From: Malacoraja senta
Lineage: Eukaryota
Reading direction: 5' to 3'
NCBI GenBank assembly: GCA_038087875.1
Contig: JAXLNO010000098.1
Span: 48,280 to 68,279 of the forward strand
DNA length: 20,000 bases
The notes under the pieces were generated by a model. That model worked only from the letters and a program-made list of their open reading frames with translations, was not told where the DNA came from and searched no databases. The position numbers and the translations under genes are program-made. This document shows positions 10,586 to 20,000 of this stretch, in pieces (position 1 is the first letter of the stretch; the number at the start of each line of letters is the position of its first letter).

Positions 10586-11262
10586 ATTTTTTAATCAGTC
10601 GACTGTCCCAAATAAAAGTTTAAAAAATCCTTAGTGAACACACCCATATTAGTTCTTTTGATGTACAAAAGTGTATATGGGGGAGGATGGGTAAAATGAT
10701 CAATGTTGTATTTGAGATGCTGAACTTTCTGTGACAATAGGACTTTATTTTTGAAATGGGAAACAATAGTTTAACAGCATTATAAAGGGCTATTGGGGGT
10801 GTTGCAAAGTTTGGCAGTACATGTATCTGTTTTTTGTTTGAGAGCAGAAAGGGATTGGCTTCCAAAGAAAACGATAGTGGCTGCAGAGAACACCAATTGT
10901 GCCAGGTTTATGTTTTAATGGGAGCTAAGAATGGCAATTTGGTCATTAACAATTTACTGTAACTTACAAAATTGATAATTCAATGTAGCTGAAAGTTTTT
11001 AACTACCTTTCTATTTTCACTTCTTGTAATGGCAAATTTTCAAACTTTAACCGAAGCATTGATTCTGATTGTTTGCCCCCTGGAAACCAGTGAACAGAAT
11101 GTTGCTGATGGAGCAATTGTATTTGGCTTATAAAAATAAAAAAAGCATGTTTCAGAATGTTTTCATAAAAAATTCAGTGCATTAAAATAATGTGTTAAGT
11201 TTGGATTGTATTTTGAAAATACTGATACCTTATTGTATTTGGATTTTGATTCTCCATTATAG

Positions 11263-11526
<264 letters not shown>

Positions 11527-11555
11527 TGAACTTGCAATTTCCCCTTGGTTTCTAG

Positions 11556-11729
<174 letters not shown>

Positions 11730-11964
11730 TGATGGAATTTGAATAATCAAAGGCTTGTTTAAGAAATCAGCCTGGTTAACAAAGTATTTGAGGTTCAGTT
11801 TGCAAAAACTTTGTTCATTTTTTTTAACCAAAGAGTGAATTGTAGTGACTTGAATTTGTAGTATAATATACCAATGGTAGACATTTAATGCATTTACTTT
11901 ACGTTGGTATTTCTAACTGATCCCAGTTACCTGCTGATTCCCATAATGAGGCAGTCTTTCAAAG

Positions 11965-13045
11965 AGTTGTAGAGTGATAATGTGGAAACAGGCCCTTCGG
12001 CCCAAGTCGCCACACCGGCCAACATGTTCCAGCTACACTCGTCCCACCTGCCTGTGCTTGGTCCATATCGCTCCAAACCTGTCCTATCCATGCACCTGTC
12101 TAACTGTTTCTTAAACGATGGGATAGTCCCAGCCTCAACTACCTCTGGCAGCTTGTTCCATACACCCACCACCCTTTGTGTGATAAAGTTATCCCTCGGA
12201 TTCTTATTATATATTTTCCCCTTCACCTTGAACCTATGTCCTCTGGTCCTCGATTCCCCTACTCTGGGCAAGAGATTTTGTGCATCTACCCGATCTATTC
12301 CTCTCATGATTTTATACACCTCTATAAGATCACCCCTGTGCTCCAAAGAATAGAGACCCAGCCTACTCAACCTCTCCCTTTAGATCACACCCTCTAGTCC
12401 TGACAACATCTTCATAAATCTTTTCTGAACCCTTTCAAGCCTATAACATGGTGCCCAGAACTGAACAATATTCTAAATGCAGTCTCACCAACGCCTTATA
12501 CAACTTAAACATGACCTTCCAACTTCTATACTCAATACTCTGACTGATGAAGGCCAATGTGCCAAAAGCCTTATCTACCTGCTGTCGTCAAGGAACCATG
12601 CACCTGCATTCCTAGATCCCTCTGCTCAACAACACTCCCCAGAGGCCGACTATTTACTGTGTAGGTCCTGCCCTTGTTAAACATCCCAAAATGCAACACC
12701 TCACACCTCTCTGTATTAAATTTCATCAACCATTCCTCAGCCCACCTGGCCAATCGATCCAGATCCTGCAGAAATCTTTCACAACCATATTCGCTATCTG
12801 CAAAACCACTCACTTTTGTATCATCAGCAAACTTGCTAATTTTGCCCTGTATGTTCTCATCCAAATCATTGATGTAGATGACAAACAGTAATGGGTCCAG
12901 CACCGAACCCTGAGGCACACCACTAGTCACAGGCCTCCAGTCCGAGAACCCACCTTCACCTTCCTTCCATGGAGTCAATTTGCTGTCCATTCCACCATTG
13001 CTCCTTGGATCCCATGCGATCTAACCTTCCAGAGCAGCCTACCAT
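11965..13045 (-). mobile_element. 5'-truncated CR1 LINE, reverse orientation, with internal deletions
   Basis: Minus-strand ORFs give [31 protein letters not shown] and RGDLIEVYKIMRG..TRGHRFKV..VWNKLP; 3' end near 11965-12000. Confidence 0.95.
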
Positions 13046-13327
13046 ATTTCCTTCGAGTATTTGATCATTTAAACGTTACTACTGCATTGGGCTGGAGCCA
13101 AAATATGGCTTGGTCATGGGTTCTTACTATAAGTAGAAACATGATGGGATCAGTTTCCTGGAAATAGCTGTTATTGCCAACATCCTTAAATCTCCCTTCC
13201 CCCATCTGGTGCTAAAAGCAGGAAGTATACAAAGAGATGGCAATGAATGCACTGTCAAGTAAGGTGCATAGAAGACATGTCAATTGGTAGCGAAGTTATG
13301 CATTCTTGTACTCTTACATGAGTAAGA

Positions 13328-13736
13328 TCGTCGTAGGTCCCCTCGTTCATGACTGACCATGGGTGATGCATCCTAGTTGTTGGGTCAATGTAAGCCTGGG
13401 TGATGTCATATGGAGGATATGCTGTTGCCCATGCAGCATGTCCCCCTTCGCTGATCGATCCAAAGGAATAGAAGGGCCGTTACAGGAACTGCCAGAGCGA
13501 GGTTGTGGATAACGATGAACTGCCTTAGGGGCACTGACTCCGGATTTTCTTGAGGTTTACTCCTGGAGCCTTTTCCATGACTGGATATGGCCACAAGGCA
13601 GTGGAGGTTTTAAATCAGAGTTTTCCCTCTCCCAGATGGACTGCCTTCCCAGGCTGACGAGCCCCATCTGCCCGAGACTCATGGGGGCGGGAGCGTCTAC
13701 CTTCCCGTGCAGGTCGATAGCACCTGCCCACTGCCC
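13328..13736 (-). mobile_element. Non-autonomous RTE-derived short retroelement (RTE 5' UTR joined to RTE 3' end), about 409 bp, with TSD
   Basis: Minus strand carries the RTE 5'-UTR core gggcagatggggctcgtcagcctgggaaggcagtccatctgggagagggaaaactctg and ends catggtcagtcatgaacgaggggacc-tacgacga. Flanked by acatgagtaaga (13316-13327) and acacgagtatga (13737-13748). Confidence 0.7.
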
Positions 13737-13899
13737 ACACGAGTATGACCGCACATAAAAAAACAACATTTTTTTCAGCAAAATTGCTCTGCGTAAAAAT
13801 ACTGATTTCCTCAGCAAAATACTGATTTTCAGGTACGAGAATACTGAAATACTCTGACAGAACTTGGCAGCTCTGGGTATGTGTACCATGTTGCTACCT

Positions 13900-14335
13900 G
13901 AAGTTGATCACTGTCTCCTTTGTCCTGCTTTTTAAACTATAATCCAAGATACTTGGGAAAGGATTTATGTTCCTTGGATCTACCATGTTTGGCCTCAAAT
14001 AATTTTTTACATTCCAGTTGCTGCTTATTCATTATTCCAGAAAATAGGCTTAGTATACTCCTATTAATATTTGTATTACAGACCCACAATCCCAGGAATA
14101 ATTTTGCTGAATCTTAGTTGTCATTGAAGCAATGCAGCAATGTCCTTTTGTTGGTAATAAGTCCAAAATTGGTACTCCAGGTATGGGCTCACTTAGGTCA
14201 AACATAATATTACAGCATCTTTCCTGTCGTGTTCTCTTGCGATAAAGGGCAACATACTGCTTTAGTTGTTGCATCGGCATTGGTGTTTAGTGACGGCTTG
14301 CCAAGAACACATAGGTTCCTTTGAACCTGAAATGT
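13900..14335 (-). mobile_element. Very old CR1 fragment
   Basis: tactccaggtatgggctcac...cttgcgataaagggcaacatac...ccaagaacacataggttcc resembles the reverse complement of CR1 ORF2. Confidence 0.5.
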
Positions 14336-14411
14336 TTCCCACTTTACATACGTTCTAAAACAAAGTTTATATTTAGCATGCTTCTGTATGTTTGACCTGG
14401 TATCACAATAG

Positions 14412-14564
<153 letters not shown>

Positions 14565-15419
14565 TAGGCATATGTTAATTGAACTTAAAAACATTTTTGA
14601 GCAGTGCTTCTAGATTGAGAAGCAAATAACGTTTTATAATGTGTTGTGAAAGGGATTTTGCGAACTATTTGATACTTAACTCTGCTTATTATGTGGGGAA
14701 AGATGATTAAACCTAACACCATCCTATGTTGAATTAAATGATAATATTTGTGATTATCAACTCGTTATTTGAATCTTGAAAGAATACTTGTAGTCTCGCC
14801 AAATCTCATTTTAATAGATTTTAAATTTGCATTTGTAGATCAATTTTGAGCTTTCATTCTTGTAAGACTAAGTTTTGCTATTTGGAAATCTCGGAGTAGA
14901 GATGAGTTGTTAATTCTGTCCTTTGAGATGAGAATATTGTTGTAGTAATATTCATTTTCCTTGTTAAATAGAGTTCAGATATGGCATCAGTCTTAACAAT
15001 ACCTTGTTTATACACTTTATAATTTGTTTTATTGAAAGTTCTGTCAATTTATTTAGTAAAGTTCTTCCAGATTCCACATTCACTTTTTGCTTTGATATAT
15101 GTTGTATATACTATTGGCTCACTCTCTTGCATGTTCTGAAGACTTTTATATTGCACCTTTTTGATGCATTCAAGATGCCTTTAAATGGTTTGCAAACAAT
15201 GAGGTATTTGTGAACGACAGTCACAGTGCAGAAAATATAGTAGACAATCGATGCCCAGTGATAAATACAACAGCAGTGTGATATTGACCAACTAATCCAC
15301 AAGCAATGTTGAATTGAGGCAGAAATAACATGATTTTTGTGTTCAGCTGAGAGCATAAAGCGGTCAATTTTAGATGAAATTGAATGAGAATAACATGACA
15401 TCTCATTTTTTTTTTTTTA

Positions 15420-15512
15420 AAGGTGGCACCCTCATTACACAGGAGTGTCACAAGTCTCTGGAGTAGGGCTCGAATGCAATATATTCTGACTGAATAACTA
15501 TTACCAGCTCAA
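15420..15512 (-). mobile_element. SacSINE1-like head remnant
   Basis: ggagtgtca..aagtctctggagtagggctcgaa...ttctgact matches the recalled reverse complement of the SacSINE tRNA-like head. Confidence 0.4.
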
Positions 15513-15836
15513 TCAAACCATGTACCCGAAAATAGCTGTTAATGCCAACATCCTTAAAATATATTGCATTTATTATAATTTTGAGATTTCCCTTTTAACC
15601 AAATTCTCATAAAACCAAGTGAATTTTGAACTTCAGGAAAAGCCAAATTTACTTCAGTTTTGGTCAGAATTGCTTGTAATTCAACAATTTATTTTTAATT
15701 TGGTATTCTAAAACCAATACTGAATTTTGTCCAGTTCTTTTTTTTCCCTTGCATGTCGTAACAAAATGTCTTTTAACTATAAGTTCTTTAACCTTATCTG
15801 TTCAGTTGTCTATCATTTTGGTTGCTTCTTGAATAG

Positions 15837-16106
<270 letters not shown>

Positions 16107-16240
16107 TAGTTCCTAGTTTAACGGTGTTTATGTTTCGATTAACTCCAACAAAAATGTTGCTAAAATAAGGCATACATCAGAAGAATGAAAAACACACCTT
16201 GAATACATCTGCATTGGAACTAAAATGGTAAAATATGCGT

Positions 16241-16533
16241 GGGCGGCACAGTGACGCAGTAGTACAGTTGCTGCCTTACAGCGACAGAGACTCTTGTTTG
16301 ATCCCGACTGGGTGCTGTGTGTACGGAGTTTGTACATTCCCCCTGTGACCTGTGGGTTTTACCCGGGTGTTCCGGTTTCATCCCACACTCCAAAGATTCA
16401 CAGGTTTGTAAGTTAATTGGCTTCTGTAAATTATAATTTAACCCTAGTATGTAGGATAGTGCTATTGTACGAGGTGATCACTGGTCGGTGTGGTCTCGGT
16501 GGGCTTGTTTCCACTTTGTATCTCAAGTCTAAG
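16241..16533 (+). mobile_element. Full-length V-SINE (HE1-like)
   Basis: tRNA-like head (gggcggcacagtgacgcag...gtttgatccc), V-domain (gtacggagtttgtacattcccc...ccggtttcatcccacactccaaag) and a CR1-type tail ending tctcaagtctaagt. Confidence 0.85.
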
Positions 16534-16902
16534 TAAGAAAAACAATTTAAATGCAAAAATTCTGGCACTGTTGGGATTTTGGTGGATTTTCTAAACTATT
16601 GGATGTTACTCCTAGTATGTGAATACTTTTATTTCGCTTTCTGTGTGTGAAAAGTTATTTAATAAATTTTCCAGAGTGCCCGGTGAATTTAAAGGGAGCG
16701 AGAATTACATAAGTGCCCTGGACCCAGGTACCAGTCACAAACATATCCATGTTCCTGATCCCTGACGCTCCTGGCCCATGCACTGGATCCTGGCTGCGGC
16801 CACATTCTAAACACCAGCTTTGGACACCTGTCCTGCTTGCATTCCAGCTCCTTCCTGGACTAATGAGTGGGCTAAATTCCAGGCCATCAGAATGTTTAAA
16901 CA

Positions 16903-17200
16903 GTGGTGCAACGGTGGCGCAGCTGGTTGAACTGCTGCATCACAGTGCCAGCGACCCAGGTTCAATCCTGACTTCTGGATCTGCCTGTTTACACATTCTC
17001 CTTGTGACGGCATGAGTTTCCTCTGGGTGCTCCTGTTCCACCTCGCATCCCAAAAACATGTGGGTTTGTGGGTTAATCAGCCTATGTAAATTGCTCCTAA
17101 TGTGTGGGGAGTGGATAAGAAAGTGGGATACATAGAACCATTGTGATGGTCGGTGTGGACTCAGTGGGCTGGAGAGCCTGTTTTCATGCTGGATCTAAAA
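16903..17200 (+). mobile_element. Full-length V-SINE (HE1-like)
   Basis: A box TGGCGCAGCTGG (16915-16926), B box GGTTCAATCC (16959-16968), V-domain and CR1-type 3' tail. Confidence 0.85.
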
Positions 17201-18389
17201 TGGTGTGCCAGAATATTGGAGTATTATTGTTAGAAATACAATGTATATAGATGTTTAGTCTTTGTAAGAATTTTATTAGACTTGCACTGATATGGTTCTA
17301 CTTGCTGTTTGGTTAGTTCTAATTGCCTGGAAATTGCTTTATTACTTACTGTAAGCAGACAGCTCTTACATATGGTCTGAAGTTGAAAAAGAAAGTAAAC
17401 CTGAACTTTGCACCTACAAAACTTGAAATTTTTCTCTCATGAGTAACAATGCTTGCATTTCAGTTTAAGGTGGGAGAAACTAGATGATAATCTGATTGTT
17501 CTATACTGGGAAATGCTTCGATCACAAGTAATTAATGTGAGACTTAAGAATTAAAAGAAAAGTACTTGAATGCTTGAATAGTCCATGCGTTTGAGGAGGA
17601 AATGCAAAATGACTTTGGAGGCTCCTTTGAGATCAGAGGGTGCGACCAAAATGTCAGAGCAAGTCTTGTCAAGGTTGATGCACGAGACTAGAGATGAGTA
17701 ATATTAAATGCAGATGGCAGCCTCGTGTTTGATTTTGAAAATCCACAGATATGAACTCTATTTTGAAGGAGATAATACTGAATAACTGCAGAAATGTTTG
17801 TGGAAATTGTGGAACAAAATTGGAATTTAAAGTTAACATGATTTTTGGAGGCCAGTAAGAGCAGATTCTGTTGTACTAACTATCGTATCGATTTGATTTT
17901 TCGAGTGGATATTGGAGCTGGATGCTTAAAGTCCAGATTTAAGTTTTGCATGAAAAGTTTCTGTACAAGGATATAATACCAATTAGTTTGGGTGGAACTT
18001 GCTGATAAAGAATCGACTGGCGGGGATGAGTGAGCTAAAAGGAATGTTGGACTCGAGAGCTGTATTCAGCAAAATACTCAGAGTCCATGCTGAAAGGATT
18101 CTTTTGCATTGCGGCAGAGTAAATGTGAATATATTGAAAGGGATGAAGATATGTAAAATCAACAAACTGCAGAATTGGATAATTTCCTATTCCAAAATTA
18201 ACTATTCTGAGCTCTCAAAATAAACAACCATTAGGGTCAGTTTTGAGTTGAATTGTTTGAACTGTGGGTTTTTTCTGAAGTTTAATTGCATAATTCAACA
18301 CTGGTATCTAATTTTCAAACAAGCATTCATACCCTTGATGTGATTTGTTGAATAATTGATCTTTTGATTGTTATTTATCAAAATCTTAA

Positions 18390-18548
<159 letters not shown>

Positions 18549-18619
18549 TAATAATGAACAGCCCAGAAAACTAATCACTCCGTACCCTTTTCCTCTTTAG
18601 CTGCTTGATTTGAGACATT

Positions 18620-18890
18620 GCAGCTGAGTTCCTTCCCAGCTGAGATCCTTTTCCCCAGCCAACAATGAACCAATGTGGATTTCACCTTTATTTGATTATT
18701 GTTGCTGGCTTTGATTTGTTGATTTCATGTCTTTCATTCATTTGTGTTTTTTTGTACCTTTTCATGCCTCTAGTTTCCCTCTCCCCTGACTCGGTCTGAA
18801 GAAGGGTCTCAACCCGAAACTCCACCTTTTCCTTTTTACAAAAGATGCTGCCTGACCTGCTGAGTTACTCCAGAATTTTGTCTATCTTCC
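18620..18890 (+). mobile_element. Penelope-like element terminal repeat/tail with a decayed hammerhead motif
   Basis: ctgaagaagggtctcaacccgaaac followed by agatgctgcctgacctgctgagttactccag, the typical elasmobranch PLE end (recalled). Confidence 0.75.
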
Positions 18891-19169
18891 TTCATTAACA
18901 ACTTGTTTAATTGATATAACTGCTCAAATATGTATCAAACCAGATCATTTTGAGGTTAGTGACTTCAACTTGGTTGGAGTTCGTTTTAAGGAAGGCTTAA
19001 TAGGAGGTATGAAAATGGACCATGAGAATCAAAATGACCCCATGCTGTACAGTCCAAAAGTATGGTGAAGGCTTGTTAACTATAGCTGATCAGTGTGGAG
19101 GAGACGTAACTAATGGGAGATGAGCAAATATAGAGAAGGAAAAAGAAGCAAATAAAGGTGGAACTGGGA

Positions 19170-19490
19170 GGTCGTGCATGCAGATGCAGAAAATGCTCAC
19201 CAAATCAAGCAGGATCGAAGGAGAGAAAATTGAATTCCTGTTCGAGATTGTCCTTGCATCAGAAGTGATCAATTTTGACTGTTGTGGAGTTCAATGTTGA
19301 ATTCCAATCCTATACAGACAGGAGATGATGTTGTTGTTCCTCGAGCTTCAAATGAGCATATTTGAAAGAATAAAGCCAGCATGGGAATGGGATGGAGAAT
19401 TAAAACGATGGGGAGCTAGAAGCTCGAGGTCACTCTTTTTTAATTTCTGATTTTAGTTTCTCCAATGTGGAGGGGACTGCATTGTACCAT
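19170..19490 (-). mobile_element. Decayed Penelope-like element (GIY-YIG remnant and tail)
   Basis: Minus strand 19484-19452 reads QCSPLHIGETK, a decayed C..LYIGET motif. The downstream sequence resembles a PLE tail with a very degenerate ctgatg..gaa motif near 19235-19263. Confidence 0.6.
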
Positions 19491-19509
19491 TGCCTTTCTA
19501 ATTGCTGGT

Positions 19510-20000
19510 TGAATTAATAGCATGTTGATCTTCATTGCAAGCGGATGTGTGTCCAAAGGAAGAGACTTGTAACTTAATTTATACAGAGCCTTGGTGATGC
19601 TGTCTCAATAACACTGACCAGTCACGTCTCCCTGATAAGGAAGGATGCATTTGCAATAGAGAGTGCATCATATTTATCCTTGGTAGGATGAGTTCATCAT
19701 ATGTGGAGGTTAAAGGATTTGGCCTTGACTCCCCTGAAGCTTTGAAGAATGACGGGGATCTCATTGAAATTTACAACTTTCTTCAGGGACTAGACTGAAT
19801 AGTCATGGAGTTGAAGTTTCCTCTGGTTGGGAAATCAAGAAGTGGGGATCATAGTGTTAAGATAAGGTTTTGGCTGTTTAGGAAAGAGTTGAAAATAAAT
19901 TCCTCCACACAGTGGATAATTAATCTTTGCAATTCTCTACCCAGGAGGGCAGAGGAGGCTCAGTGTCTGAGTCCAACATCCTTTGTCTTGCATCGAAAAT
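19510..20000 (+). mobile_element. Old decayed CR1 3' region
   Basis: tatacagagccttggtga, ggggatctcattgaaatttacaa and aatctttgcaattctctacccaggagggc match the CR1 ORF2 C-terminus. Confidence 0.7.

Noticed and set aside
16903..16975. tRNA gene (A and B boxes present)
   Set aside because: No proper cloverleaf or terminator; it runs directly into the V-domain, so it is a SINE head.
17560..18230. Purine-rich stretch with a 74-aa ORF (17999-18223), a possible ancient coding relic
   Set aside because: No motif I can recognise and no convincing splice signals; may be an old TE but needs tblastx/nhmmer to assign.

Overview
Eukaryotic genomic DNA, not prokaryotic. The window covers the interior of a vertebrate NAMPT (nicotinamide phosphoribosyltransferase) gene on the + strand. 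It holds coding exons 2-8 (1938-2094, 3832-3935, 11263-11391, 11556-11714, 14427-14563, 15863-16088, 18402-18521), all flanked by GT-AG. They splice into an open 1032-nt / 344-codon frame equivalent to human residues 20-363; exon 1 and exons 9 onward lie outside the window. The introns are packed with decayed transposons: CR1 LINEs, Rex1/Babar- or L2-like LINE tails, V-SINE/HE1-like and DeuSINE-like SINEs, Penelope-like fragments, a Tc1/mariner-type MITE, an RTE-derived short element and a probable Helitron 3' end. This repeat landscape suggests a cartilaginous fish, probably a skate or ray (inference). I see no convincing new multi-gene system. The best leads are a natural K53Q substitution at NAMPT's acetylation/secretion site, a duplicated exon-8 splice donor, a Helitron terminus, a TSD-flanked and highly structured RTE-derived element, a decayed Penelope hammerhead, two E-boxes inside a SINE, and an unexplained 29-bp direct repeat bracketing exon 6. 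Repeat family names and human residue numbers come from recalled consensus sequences, not from database searches.
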